From: Bacteroidota bacterium
GTDB taxonomy: Bacteria; Bacteroidota; Bacteroidia; NS11-12g; UBA955
NCBI GenBank assembly: GCA_947496065.1
Contig: CANMBF010000002.1
Span: 74,788 to 138,787, forward strand
Reading direction: 5' to 3'
Length of the DNA: 64,000 nucleotides
The notes under the pieces were generated by a model. It searched no databases, was not told the DNA's origin, and saw only the letters and a list, made by a program, of their open reading frames with translations. This document shows, piece after piece, positions 16,716 to 26,984 of this stretch (its first letter is position 1; each line of letters starts with the position of its first letter). The position numbers were made by a program, and so were the translations under genes.

Positions 16716-19301
16716 TTGAATCGTTTAAAAATAATAGCAATAATCCTTATTTGTTTTACCGCGACAAGCGAAGCACAATCTGTGCTTTCGAAATTTTGGC
16801 ATAATACGGTTTCTCGTTACAATTATTATTACAATGCGAGTCTTTTAATTACAGATGCCGAGGAAAATACCCATTTGGCCTACAAAGATAATTTTAAGGA
16901 TATCCTATCTCTTTATCCTATTGGTGACGAAGCTTCGCTGAAAGGCAATAGTGCCAAGATGGATGAAGTGTTAAAAAAATGCTCTCATATCATCGATAAG
17001 CACAGTAAAAGTAAATGGGTTGATGACAGCTATTTACAAATGGGGAATGCCCAATTTTACAAAGGTGATTTTTATGCGGCTATTGAAGTTTATGAATATG
17101 TCGCCGGGAATTTTAAAAATACAATTCCTGGAGTCAAAGCCGAAATTAATTTATTGCTTACGTATATTCAACTTAAAAAATATGATGATGCCGAAGCTTT
17201 GTATACGAAGTTAAACAACAAAAAAGATTTTCCGGAGCAACTTAAAACATCACTCAATATAGCAGGTGCTGCCGTTAATATTAAACAGAAAAAATACCAA
17301 GTGGCGATTAAACTACTCGTGCTATCTATTCCTAAAGTTAAAAACAGAGCCAAAAAAATTCGTTATAATTTTGTACTTGCCCAATTGTATGCGCTTACCA
17401 AAAAGAATGTTGATGCACTTGAAAAATACAAGAAGGTCGTAAAACTCAACCCACCTTATGAATTTGCATTTAATGCGAAATTGAACATGGCAAAAGCCAT
17501 CAATAACAAAAATAGAGGTGAGGTGCGCGAGGCCATGGCGACGCTCAGAACCATGTTAAAAGACGACAAGAACATTGATTATTTTGATCAGATATACTAC
17601 GAATTAGGCAATTTAGAATTGGCCGATAAGAACGAAGCCCAAGCCATTGTCGAATACAGTAATTGTCTGAGAAGCAAAAACAATGATCTCAATATTCGCA
17701 GCATGACCTATTTGGCTTTGGCCGATTTGTATTTCAAAAAACAAGATTACCTTAACGCTCAGGTGTATTATGACAGTTCGGCTCGCAGTACCGATAAGAA
17801 TAGTCCTGAATATACCAACATCACTGCAAAAAATCAGATTCTCAATGAACTCATCAAACACCTTTTAAATATTAAAGAGAAAGATAGTTTACTCCGTTTG
17901 GCGGACAATAAAAAGTTAATGGAAAAAACCATTGATAATTTAATACGAGAAGAAAAACAAAAAGCTGAAGAGAAAAAGCAATTAGAGGAAAGGCAGAAAA
18001 TTCAACAGCAATTGGTGACACAAAATGCGCAGGCACCCTCGAGTTCGACCAACTTTCCATTTTATAACCAAGCAGCCAAAACCAAGGGCATACAAGACTT
18101 TCAGCGCATTTGGGGCAACCGTGAATTGGCAGAATACTGGGGCATTGGCAGTAACAAAACAGCCGTTTTGCAAAAGTTTAATGATGCACAAGAGAATGAT
18201 GACCCAGGCAGCGAAGAAAAAAGAAAGCTGTTAGAAGATATGCCCGATGAGCGCAAGAAATACTACTACAGTATTCCCTTTACAAAAGAAGATAAACAAA
18301 AAATGCGAGATGAGATTTCGGAGTCTTATTTTTTAGGTGCCAATGTTTATTATCAAAGTTTAAAAGAGAATGACAAGGCTAAAAAAATGTTGGAGGACAT
18401 GTTGTCTCGTTTTCCTAAAAGTAAATATGAAATCAATGCGTGGTATTTGTTAGCACGTATCAATAAAGAACAAGGCAAAATGGATCGCTTTGATTATTAC
18501 ACTGAATTAATTCGCAAGACCGACCCGAAAAGCGATTTCCTGAATGTATTAGAGCAAAAGGAGAACGACAGTACCTCTAACCAGCAAATTGCGGAGAAGG
18601 CAGATGATGAAGTTGAAATATTATACAACAAAGCCTACGGTGCATTTAAATCTGAAAAGTATGCAGACGTGCTAGTTTACAAGAAAGAAAACGATTTAAA
18701 GTATACGGGTAATCCTTTACAAGTGAACTTCGATTATCTAGAAGCCTTGTCAATAGGTAAACAAGGTGATTGGGTTTTATTTGAGAAGAAATTACAAGCC
18801 ATTGTCGATAATTATCCGCTCACTGATATTGGCAAACAGGCTGGCGAAACCTTGCAAATTTTAAAAGCTAAAAATGCAAAAACGAACCCTTCTGCAGACA
18901 CTAAAACGGGAACTAAGAATCTAGGCAATAGCTTATATAAATACAACGAAGCTGAACCCCATTTCTTTATGCTCGTATTGCCTCAGAATGTTAACATCAA
19001 TCAAATTAAAACCATTCTAAGCAATTTCAATAAATCGCAATTTAGCACTGAGGATTTACAAATTACGAATAGTTTAATTGGTTCCGAATATCAAACCGTA
19101 GTGGTCAATAATTTTTCTACGTTTGCTAAAGTAAAAGAATACCTTACACAAATTAAAAGCAATACAGCACTTTTTGCTGAGGCAAAAGACTATCAACTTT
19201 TTCAAAACTTTATGATCAGTCAGGACAATTTTGTTAGTCTGATTGGCGAAAAAAAACTCGACAATTACTTGCTGTTTTATAAATCCTCCTACCCCAACTA
19301 A
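16716..19301 (+). CDS. Large secreted/lipoprotein-like TPR protein, possibly PorW/SprE-like T9SS component
   Basis: No in-frame ATG lies near the 5' end. TTG at 16716 gives MNRLKIIAIILICFTATSEAQS (signal or lipobox-like LIC). The ORF-track start 16677 is also TTG and falls inside the putative -7 box. Multiple TPR-like helices, a central charged coiled-coil (EEKQKAEEKKQLEERQK), ~860 aa. The PorW/SprE assignment rests on size and architecture only. Confidence 0.6.
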   Translation: MNRLKIIAIILICFTATSEAQSVLSKFWHNTVSRYNYYYNASLLITDAEENTHLAYKDNFKDILSLYPIGDEASLKGNSAKMDEVLKKCSHIIDKHSKSKWVDDSYLQMGNAQFYKGDFYAAIEVYEYVAGNFKNTIPGVKAEINLLLTYIQLKKYDDAEALYTKLNNKKDFPEQLKTSLNIAGAAVNIKQKKYQVAIKLLVLSIPKVKNRAKKIRYNFVLAQLYALTKKNVDALEKYKKVVKLNPPYEFAFNAKLNMAKAINNKNRGEVREAMATLRTMLKDDKNIDYFDQIYYELGNLELADKNEAQAIVEYSNCLRSKNNDLNIRSMTYLALADLYFKKQDYLNAQVYYDSSARSTDKNSPEYTNITAKNQILNELIKHLLNIKEKDSLLRLADNKKLMEKTIDNLIREEKQKAEEKKQLEERQKIQQQLVTQNAQAPSSSTNFPFYNQAAKTKGIQDFQRIWGNRELAEYWGIGSNKTAVLQKFNDAQENDDPGSEEKRKLLEDMPDERKKYYYSIPFTKEDKQKMRDEISESYFLGANVYYQSLKENDKAKKMLEDMLSRFPKSKYEINAWYLLARINKEQGKMDRFDYYTELIRKTDPKSDFLNVLEQKENDSTSNQQIAEKADDEVEILYNKAYGAFKSEKYADVLVYKKENDLKYTGNPLQVNFDYLEALSIGKQGDWVLFEKKLQAIVDNYPLTDIGKQAGETLQILKAKNAKTNPSADTKTGTKNLGNSLYKYNEAEPHFFMLVLPQNVNINQIKTILSNFNKSQFSTEDLQITNSLIGSEYQTVVVNNFSTFAKVKEYLTQIKSNTALFAEAKDYQLFQNFMISQDNFVSLIGEKKLDNYLLFYKSSYPN

Positions 19302-19310
19302 TACACACCA

Positions 19311-21554
19311 ATGGCCAAAGCTCAAATACAAAATCCACTTCTGAAAAAATTCTGGAAGTATTTTTTTTACACGCTAATTTTCATACCCTTATTTTTTTTA
19401 CTGGTAAGTTTTGGCATTTTCGGCCATATGCCGGATATAGAAGAATTAGAAAACCCCAGAAGTGCGCTTGCAAGTGAATTAATAAGTGAGGATGGTGTTG
19501 TAATGGGTCAGTATTATATTCAAAAAAGATCCTACGTCGCTTTTAAAGATATCTCGCCAAAAATGTTTGATGCTTTAATTTCTACAGAAGACGAACGCTT
19601 TTACGAACACTCTGGTATTGATGCTAAACGTTTAGTGGGGGCTTTAATGGGTTTTGGCAGAAATGGTGGCGCAAGTACTATTACGCAACAATTGGCAAAA
19701 AACTTGTTTCACTATGGTGATGGCGAGCGCCCCAATTTAGTGATTCGTATGGCACAAAAACTAAAAGAGTGGGTGATTGCATTGCGCTTAGAACGCAGGT
19801 ACACCAAAGATGAAATTGCAGCTATGTATTTAAATACAGTTCGCTTTTCAGGTTCTTCATTTGGTATTAAATCTGCCGCTAAAGAATTTTTTAACAAAGC
19901 GCCTAGTGAATTAAAAACCGAAGAATGTGCTATGTTGGTAGGGGTTTTAAAAGCTATCACAGCCTATAATCCAAGGAGTAATCCGGAAAATGCCTTGCAG
20001 AGAAGGAATACTGTGCTTGGTCAAATGAAACGCAACGAGAAATTATCGCCTGAAGAATTTGAACAATTAAAAAACAAACCCATTGTTTTAGACTATCAGT
20101 ATGAAGATCACAACGAAGGCATGGCCGTTTATTTCAGAGAATATATTAAAAGAGATTTAACCAAATGGTGTAAGGAACATACCAAGCCCAATGGCGAAAA
20201 TTACAACCTTTATAAAGATGGTTTAAAAATTTATACCACCATTAATTCTAAGTTACAACAGTATGCCGAGAATGCTGTGAATAAACATTTAAAAGATTTA
20301 CAAAGGCAATTTGATAAAACTTGGGAAGGTAAGCAACCTTGGAGAGATGAAAATTGGAAAGTATTAAGCGAGTACCCTGTTCAAGAACTTAGAAAAACAC
20401 CGCGCTATACCTTACTTAAAAAAACATATGGCAAAGACACAGCCGCCATCATGAAAATTTGCAGAACCAAGGTTAAAATGACTGTTTTTAGTTGGAATGG
20501 CGATCGCGATACCATGATGAGTCCATTGGATTCAGTTAAATACATGAAGAAATTCTTGCATACTGGCTTCATTGCAATTCAACCAACAACTGGTCAAGTA
20601 AAGGCTTGGGTTGGCGGCATTAATCACCATTATTTTCAATACGACCACGTGAATAAAAGTGCTGGCAGACAAGTTGGTTCAACCTTTAAGCCATTCATCT
20701 ATGCTTTGGCCATCGACAATAAAATATCACCCTGTACGCAATTCCCTAATTCACCACCAGATTATGGCAATTGGCGAGTGCATAACAGCGATGGCAGTTA
20801 TGGCGGCAGTATGAACATGTACAGAGGTTTGGCAACTTCAACCAACTGCATTGTTGCACAAGTTTTAAAAACCATGGGAGATAGAGCCCCAGAGACCGTG
20901 ATAGAATTTGTCAAAAAAATGGGCATTGACAGTGCGAAGATGCAAGCCTTACCATCTATTTGTCTAGGTGTTACAGATATTTCGCCTTTTGATATGGCCA
21001 GTGCATTTTCAACCTTTGCCAACAAAGGCTATTGGGTTGAACCCACCTATATCACACGCATAGAGGATAAGAATGGCAATATTTTAGCAGAATTTTCTCC
21101 TCAAAATATCAAGCAGGTGTTGAATGAAGAAAAAGCATTTGTAATGTGTCAATTACTCGAAGGTGTATGCAGCCGAGGCACTGGACAGCGTTTACACAGT
21201 AAATATGGCGTAGAAGGTTGGGTTGGCGGCAAAACTGGTACCACACAAAGTAATAGCGATGGTTGGTTCATGGGTGTTACCAAAGATTTGGTATGCGCTA
21301 CATGGGTAGGTTGCGATAGCAGAAAAGTAAGATTTAGAAGTACGAATTATGGTCAAGGTGCCCATGCGGCATTACCTATTTTTGCCTATTTTATAAAAAG
21401 TGCAAAGGCAGATGCCGACTTAAAAATAACATTAGAACCTATTCCCAAGCCACTTAAACCTTTAAGTATGGAATACAATTGTGGTGAATATTCCGAAATC
21501 AATGTGACTGACGAATATGGTCAACCCGAAGATGCCTTGGATTTAGGCATTTAA
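19311..21554 (+). CDS. mrcA: Class A penicillin-binding protein (PBP1A; glycosyltransferase GT51 + transpeptidase)
   Basis: 747 aa. GT51 motifs STEDERFYEHSGID and GASTITQQLAKN. Transpeptidase motifs STFK (SxxK), SxN region and KTGTT. Confidence 0.92.
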   Translation: MAKAQIQNPLLKKFWKYFFYTLIFIPLFFLLVSFGIFGHMPDIEELENPRSALASELISEDGVVMGQYYIQKRSYVAFKDISPKMFDALISTEDERFYEHSGIDAKRLVGALMGFGRNGGASTITQQLAKNLFHYGDGERPNLVIRMAQKLKEWVIALRLERRYTKDEIAAMYLNTVRFSGSSFGIKSAAKEFFNKAPSELKTEECAMLVGVLKAITAYNPRSNPENALQRRNTVLGQMKRNEKLSPEEFEQLKNKPIVLDYQYEDHNEGMAVYFREYIKRDLTKWCKEHTKPNGENYNLYKDGLKIYTTINSKLQQYAENAVNKHLKDLQRQFDKTWEGKQPWRDENWKVLSEYPVQELRKTPRYTLLKKTYGKDTAAIMKICRTKVKMTVFSWNGDRDTMMSPLDSVKYMKKFLHTGFIAIQPTTGQVKAWVGGINHHYFQYDHVNKSAGRQVGSTFKPFIYALAIDNKISPCTQFPNSPPDYGNWRVHNSDGSYGGSMNMYRGLATSTNCIVAQVLKTMGDRAPETVIEFVKKMGIDSAKMQALPSICLGVTDISPFDMASAFSTFANKGYWVEPTYITRIEDKNGNILAEFSPQNIKQVLNEEKAFVMCQLLEGVCSRGTGQRLHSKYGVEGWVGGKTGTTQSNSDGWFMGVTKDLVCATWVGCDSRKVRFRSTNYGQGAHAALPIFAYFIKSAKADADLKITLEPIPKPLKPLSMEYNCGEYSEINVTDEYGQPEDALDLGI

Positions 21555-21564
21555 ATATGTTTTA

Positions 21565-22242
21565 ATGAACACTATTTTCAAACGGCTTTTAAAGTTTCTT
21601 TATTTGTGTTTGAAAATCATTGTTGTGTTCTTGTGCTTTTATTTTACAGCCTATTTTATTGGTTCTAATATTGTTGTGAATTGCAATTCGAAAGAAGCAT
21701 CCGACATGGAAATTTTTATTGCATCGAACGGTGTGCATACCGATTTAATCTTTCCAATAAGAACTGCTCAAATTGCTTGGGATACTGTCTTTAAACCTGA
21801 AGTATTTAAGGGTGTTGATAGCTCCTATCAATATGTAGCTTTGGGCTGGGGCGACAAGGGGTTTTATATTGAGACACCCACCTGGGCCGATTTAAAAGCA
21901 AGTACTGCGTTCAAAGCTTGTTTTTTCTTAAGTTCATCGGCCATGCATGTTTGTTACCACAAAAAAATCAAACCAAGCAGTAGCATAAAGTCTATTAAAA
22001 TAACGACCGACCAATATCAAAAATTAATTGCCTTTTATCAATCAACCTTTTTACGAAAGGATCAAACAATCCAGTTAATAAAGGACAAAGGCTATACCGC
22101 TTTCGATAATTTTTATGAGGCCAAAGGCACTTATAGTTTTTTGAAAACTTGTAACGTGTTTACCAACGATGCCTTGAAATATGCCAAAATCAAAGCGCCC
22201 TATTGGAGTCCTTTTGAAGGTGGGTTAATGAAGCATTATTAG
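21565..22242 (+). CDS. TIGR02117/DUF2459-like conserved hypothetical protein
   Basis: 225 aa with an N-terminal TM. SNGVHTDLIFPI and GWGDKGFY blocks resemble that family. Confidence 0.55.
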   Translation: MNTIFKRLLKFLYLCLKIIVVFLCFYFTAYFIGSNIVVNCNSKEASDMEIFIASNGVHTDLIFPIRTAQIAWDTVFKPEVFKGVDSSYQYVALGWGDKGFYIETPTWADLKASTAFKACFFLSSSAMHVCYHKKIKPSSSIKSIKITTDQYQKLIAFYQSTFLRKDQTIQLIKDKGYTAFDNFYEAKGTYSFLKTCNVFTNDALKYAKIKAPYWSPFEGGLMKHY

Positions 22243-22334
22243 TATTTTTACATTCAATTGTCTTAATTAAATTCACTTTAGGTAAAAAGGGGAAAAATAA
22301 TTTAAAAAAAATTATTTACTTCATTAAGAAAACT

Positions 22335-22342
22335 TAATTTTG
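22335..22342 (+). promoter_or_regulatory. Candidate -7 box (TAATTTTG) for the nuo operon
   Basis: Exact TAnnTTTG match, 30 nt upstream of the nuoA ATG. No convincing TTTG -33 element. Confidence 0.3.
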
Positions 22343-22371
22343 CGATTTAAATAAATTTTGAAAATAATATC

Positions 22372-22746
22372 ATGTTGTTATTAGTCAATAGTCTTCACGA
22401 CTACCTTCCCATACTTGTCACATTCATTGTAGCACTTGGCTTCATAGTAACCACGATGATTGCTACCCATCTTTTAGGTCCAAAGAAAAAATCCGAAATC
22501 AAATCGGAAGCTTTCGAATGTGGTATTGAATCTCAGGGTAATGCAAGAACACCATTCTCCATTAAATATTTCCTGGTCGCTATTCTTTTTGTTTTGTTCG
22601 ATGTCGAGGTTATTTTTATGTATCCTTGGGCAGTGAACTTCAAAACACTTGGCATTACTGGATTATTAGAAATGTTTATGTTCATGGGCTTCTTAGTGAT
22701 TGGTCTTTTATACATCATTAAAAAAGGGGCATTAAAGTGGGAATAG
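22372..22746 (+). CDS. nuoA: NADH-quinone oxidoreductase subunit A
   Basis: 124 aa. FECGIES.......FSIKYFLVAILFVLFDVEVIFMYPWAV. Confidence 0.95.
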   Translation: MLLLVNSLHDYLPILVTFIVALGFIVTTMIATHLLGPKKKSEIKSEAFECGIESQGNARTPFSIKYFLVAILFVLFDVEVIFMYPWAVNFKTLGITGLLEMFMFMGFLVIGLLYIIKKGALKWE

Positions 22747-22796
22747 TCATCAATTCTAAATCTTAATTTACTGAAATTTCCTTTTCAACAATAAAA

Positions 22797-23342
22797 ATGA
22801 GCATAGACATTCAACCTAAACATAAGCCTGAAGGACTTGAAGGTGCTGGTTATTTCGCTACTTCATTAGACAAGGTAGTGGGTTTAGCGCGCGCTAATTC
22901 ACTTTGGCCTTTACCATTTGCAACCTCATGTTGCGGCATTGAATTTATGGCCACCATGGCATCGCATTACGACTTAGCCCGATTTGGATCTGAGCGTTTA
23001 AGTTTTTCGCCACGCCAAGCCGACTTGTTAATGGTAATGGGTACTATTTCTAAAAAAATGGGCCCTATTCTTCGTCAAGTCTACGAACAAATGGCAGAGC
23101 CAAAATGGGTGCTGAGCATGGGTGCTTGTGCAAGCAGCGGCGGCATTTTTGATACTTACAGTGTGTTACAAGGCATCGATAGAATTATACCTGTTGATGT
23201 TTATATTCCTGGTTGTCCTCCGCGACCTGAACAAGTTTTGGATGGCATTCTTAAAATTCAGGAATTAACGAGATCAGAAGCCATTCGCAGAAGAGATACA
23301 CCAGAATACAAAGCGATGTTGGCAACCTACGGTATCGAATAA
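22797..23342 (+). CDS. nuoB: NADH-quinone oxidoreductase subunit B
   Basis: 181 aa with N2 cluster cysteines: [25 protein letters not shown]. Confidence 0.96.
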   Translation: MSIDIQPKHKPEGLEGAGYFATSLDKVVGLARANSLWPLPFATSCCGIEFMATMASHYDLARFGSERLSFSPRQADLLMVMGTISKKMGPILRQVYEQMAEPKWVLSMGACASSGGIFDTYSVLQGIDRIIPVDVYIPGCPPRPEQVLDGILKIQELTRSEAIRRRDTPEYKAMLATYGIE

Positions 23343-23367
23343 AAAATTAAACTCTAAAAAAATCAAA

Positions 23368-23877
23368 GTGAATACAACTGAATTGTTCGATCATTTATCC
23401 GAAAAACTAAAATCACAATTTGGAGATGACTTTATTGGTGGAGAAATTCAATATGATTTTCCGGTTTTAATCGTTGAAAAAAAGCGCATCATCGATGTGC
23501 TACAATTTTTAAAAACCACACCAGAATTAAATTTCAATTTCTTAACCACCCTTTGCGGCATTCACATGCCAGAGAACAAAGGTTCTGAATTAGCCGTGAT
23601 GTATCAATTGCATAACATGGTTGAGAATTGGAGAATTCGTGTTAAAATATTTATGGAAGATGGTGATACAAAGGTGCCATCTGTAACTTCAATATGGCCT
23701 GCTGCCAATTGGATGGAAAGACAAGAGTACGATTTCTTTGGATTCAAATTTGTTGGGCACCCCGACTTAAGACGTATTCTAAACATGGACGAAATGAATT
23801 ATTTTCCTATGCGTAAAGAATATCCTTTAGAAGATGGCAGCCGTGATGATAAAAATGATAAAATGTTCGGCAGATAA
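23368..23877 (+). CDS. nuoC: NADH-quinone oxidoreductase subunit C
   Basis: 169 aa with a GTG start. Contains WPAANWMERQEYDFFGFKFVGHPDLRRIL. Confidence 0.93.
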   Translation: MNTTELFDHLSEKLKSQFGDDFIGGEIQYDFPVLIVEKKRIIDVLQFLKTTPELNFNFLTTLCGIHMPENKGSELAVMYQLHNMVENWRIRVKIFMEDGDTKVPSVTSIWPAANWMERQEYDFFGFKFVGHPDLRRILNMDEMNYFPMRKEYPLEDGSRDDKNDKMFGR

Positions 23878-23890
23878 AATTTAATAAATC

Positions 23891-25093
23891 GTGAGCACTC
23901 ATAACCATCTTATAAAACCTGAAGCTGAAAAAGAATATAACATTCTTAACTTAGGTCCTACCCACCCTGCTACACACGGTATTTTTCAAAACATTCTCAA
24001 AATGGATGGCGAAATTATCATGCATGCTGAACCAACTGTGGGTTATATTCACCGCGCTTTTGAAAAAATTGCCGAGTACCGTCCCTATAATCAAATTACC
24101 CCTTTAACGGATCGTTTGAACTATTGTTCTTCGCCAATCAACAACATGGGTTGGCATATGACCGTTGAGAAATTAATTGGTTGCGAAGTGCCAAAACGTG
24201 CCGATTATTTGCGTGTCATCATTATGGAATTATCGCGTATAGCCGACCATGTGATTTGTACAACCATTATTGGTCAAGATACAGGCGCTACCACTGGTTT
24301 CTTATACTTTTTCCAAATGCGTGAAAAGATTTATGAAATTTTTGAAGAAGTATGTGGTGCTCGATTGACAACTAACATAGGTAGAGTGGGCGGCATGGAG
24401 CGCGATTTTTCTGAAGTGGCTTGGGCCAAATTAAAAATATTTATGGTTGAGTTTCCGAAATTCTTAAAAGAGTTTCAAAGCTTAATTGAGCGTAACAGAA
24501 TCTTCATGGATAGAACCATTGATTGTGGACCGATAACAGGCGAAAGAGCCTTAGCATACGGATTTACTGGTCCGAATTTAAGAGCAGCAGGCATCGATTA
24601 TGATGTGCGTGTAGCGAATCCATTTAGCAGTTATCAAGATTTTGATTTTAGCATTCCTATTGGTTCGAATGGCGACACGTATGATCGTTTCATGGTGCGT
24701 ATTCAGGAGATGTGGGAAAGTGTTAGCATTATTAAACAAGCGCTAGATAAAATGCCAACAGGTGAATTTCATGCGGATGTTCCAGAGTTTTACTTGCCAA
24801 ACAAAGAAGATGTTTACAGTAAAATGGAGGCTCTAATTTATCACTTTAAAATTGTGATGGGTGAAATGGATGTTCCTAAGGGCGAAGTATACCATAGTGT
24901 TGAAGGTGGTAATGGCGAATTAGGATTTTATTTGATTAGCGATGGTAACCGTTCTCCATTCCGTTTGCATTTCAGACGTCCGTGTTTTATTTATTATCAG
25001 GCCTACCCTGAAATGATAACAGGAGGTTTGTTGAGTGATGCCATCTTAACAATGAGTAGCATGAACGTAATTGCAGGTGAATTAGACGCTTAA
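23891..25093 (+). CDS. nuoD: NADH-quinone oxidoreductase subunit D
   Basis: 400 aa with a GTG start. Contains NLGPTHPATHG and C-terminal blocks typical of the 49-kDa subunit. Confidence 0.96.
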   Translation: MSTHNHLIKPEAEKEYNILNLGPTHPATHGIFQNILKMDGEIIMHAEPTVGYIHRAFEKIAEYRPYNQITPLTDRLNYCSSPINNMGWHMTVEKLIGCEVPKRADYLRVIIMELSRIADHVICTTIIGQDTGATTGFLYFFQMREKIYEIFEEVCGARLTTNIGRVGGMERDFSEVAWAKLKIFMVEFPKFLKEFQSLIERNRIFMDRTIDCGPITGERALAYGFTGPNLRAAGIDYDVRVANPFSSYQDFDFSIPIGSNGDTYDRFMVRIQEMWESVSIIKQALDKMPTGEFHADVPEFYLPNKEDVYSKMEALIYHFKIVMGEMDVPKGEVYHSVEGGNGELGFYLISDGNRSPFRLHFRRPCFIYYQAYPEMITGGLLSDAILTMSSMNVIAGELDA

Positions 25094-25108
25094 TTTAAAA
25101 AGAAGATA

Positions 25109-25630
25109 ATGACAACAAGTGAGCAAATAGTATTTAGTAAAGAATCTTTGGAAGTGGTTCAAAAAATGATGTTGCGCTATCCAGAGGGTAAACACAAATC
25201 AGCTTTAATTCCTGTTTTGCATATTGCGCAAGCAGAATTTGGAGGTTGGTTAAGCGCCCCTGTGATGGATTATGTCGCTTCGATACTCATGATACAACCG
25301 ATTGAAGTATATGAAGTAGCATCTTTCTATAGCATGTTTAATTTAAAGCCTGTAGGCAAATGCTTAATAGAGGTTTGCAGAACCAGCAGCTGTTGGTTAT
25401 GTGGTGCCGAAGATATCATTGACCATATTGAGAAAAAATTAAACATCACTGTTGGCGAAACGACTGCCGATGGGATGTTTACATTAAAAGCAGTAGAGTG
25501 TTTGGGCAGTTGCGGCACAGCTCCTATGATGCAAGTGGGGGCCGACTATCACGAAAGTTTAACCATCAACAAAGTAGATGCGTTATTAGAAAAATTTAAA
25601 TCAGAGGACAAACAAAGCAGATACTGCTAA
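25109..25630 (+). CDS. nuoE: NADH-quinone oxidoreductase subunit E (2Fe-2S)
   Basis: 173 aa with cysteine pattern CRTSSCWLCG...CLGSCGTAPMM. Confidence 0.94.
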   Translation: MTTSEQIVFSKESLEVVQKMMLRYPEGKHKSALIPVLHIAQAEFGGWLSAPVMDYVASILMIQPIEVYEVASFYSMFNLKPVGKCLIEVCRTSSCWLCGAEDIIDHIEKKLNITVGETTADGMFTLKAVECLGSCGTAPMMQVGADYHESLTINKVDALLEKFKSEDKQSRYC

Positions 25631-25635
25631 ACCAG

Positions 25636-26967
25636 ATGAGCAAAAAATTACTTTTAAAAAACGACCATATTCCAAATATCCATCAACTTGCTGTTTACCG
25701 TGCGCATGGTGGTTATGCTGTATTAGAAAATACACTTAAAAATTCTAACCCTGACCATGTCCTTGAAGAAGTAAAAAAATCAGGTCTTAGAGGCAGAGGT
25801 GGTGCAGGTTTTCCCACTGGTTTGAAATGGAGCTTTTTGGCACGTCCAGAAGGCGTATCAAGATACTTGGTTTGCAATGCCGATGAGAGTGAGCCCGGTA
25901 CTTTTAAAGACCGTTACTTAATGGAACGTATTCCGCATTTATTAATTGAAGGAATGATTCTTTCAAGTTTTGCATTGGGTGCTAAAACATCTTATATCTA
26001 CATTAGAGGTGAGTATTTTTATGTTGCGCGCATTCTTGAAGCGGCTATAGCCGAAGCTTATGCTGCAGGTTTATTAGGAAAAAATATATTGGGTTCGGGT
26101 TTCGACCACGACTGTTATGTGCAAGTTGGAGCAGGTGCTTATATCTGCGGTGAAGAAACTGCCTTACTAGAAAGTTTAGAAGGCAAGCGTGGCAATCCAA
26201 GAATAAAACCACCATTCCCTGCCGTTGCAGGTTTATATGGTTGCCCAACTGTTGTGAATAATGTTGAGACCATCGCTGCTGTTGTTCTAATTTTAGAACT
26301 TGGTGGCGATGAATATGCAAAAATTGGTATAGGAAAAAGTACGGGCACTAAATTAATTTCGGCTTCTGGTCATATTAACAATCCAGGTGTTTATGAAATT
26401 GAACTGGGTGTGCCTGTTGAGGAATTTATTTATTCAGAACAATATTGTGGTGGCATACGCGGTGGCAGAAAATTAAAAGCTGTTGTGGCCGGTGGTTCTT
26501 CTGTGCCAATTCTACCTGCAGAATTAATTTTAAAAACAGCCAATGGCGAACCCCGTTTAATGAGCTATGAAAGTTTAGGGGATGGCGGATTTGCTACTGG
26601 TACCATGTTAGGCTCAGGCGGATTTATTGTAATGGATGAGGACACCAGCATTGTAAAAAACCTTTATACGTTCGCACGTTTCTATCACCATGAAAGTTGC
26701 GGACAATGCAGTCCTTGTCGCGAGGGCACAGGTTGGATGGAAAAAATATTACACAAAATTTTAGAAGGCCATGGCACTATGCAGGATATCGATTTACTTT
26801 GGGATATTCAAAGTAAAATAGAAGGCAAAACCATATGTCCTTTGGGTGAAGCGGCAGCTTGGCCAGTGGCAGCAGCCATTCGCCATTTTAGAAGTGAATT
26901 CGAAAGCTATGTGCAGAATCCAGAAAATATAAAAGATATTAAACATTATTACAGACTTCAGAATTAA
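25636..26967 (+). CDS. nuoF: NADH-quinone oxidoreductase subunit F (FMN/NADH site)
   Basis: 443 aa. GLRGRGGAGFPTGLKW, CNADESEPGTFKDR and ESCGQCSPCREG. Confidence 0.97.
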   Translation: MSKKLLLKNDHIPNIHQLAVYRAHGGYAVLENTLKNSNPDHVLEEVKKSGLRGRGGAGFPTGLKWSFLARPEGVSRYLVCNADESEPGTFKDRYLMERIPHLLIEGMILSSFALGAKTSYIYIRGEYFYVARILEAAIAEAYAAGLLGKNILGSGFDHDCYVQVGAGAYICGEETALLESLEGKRGNPRIKPPFPAVAGLYGCPTVVNNVETIAAVVLILELGGDEYAKIGIGKSTGTKLISASGHINNPGVYEIELGVPVEEFIYSEQYCGGIRGGRKLKAVVAGGSSVPILPAELILKTANGEPRLMSYESLGDGGFATGTMLGSGGFIVMDEDTSIVKNLYTFARFYHHESCGQCSPCREGTGWMEKILHKILEGHGTMQDIDLLWDIQSKIEGKTICPLGEAAAWPVAAAIRHFRSEFESYVQNPENIKDIKHYYRLQN

Positions 26968-26984
26968 AATAACACATTTATAAA

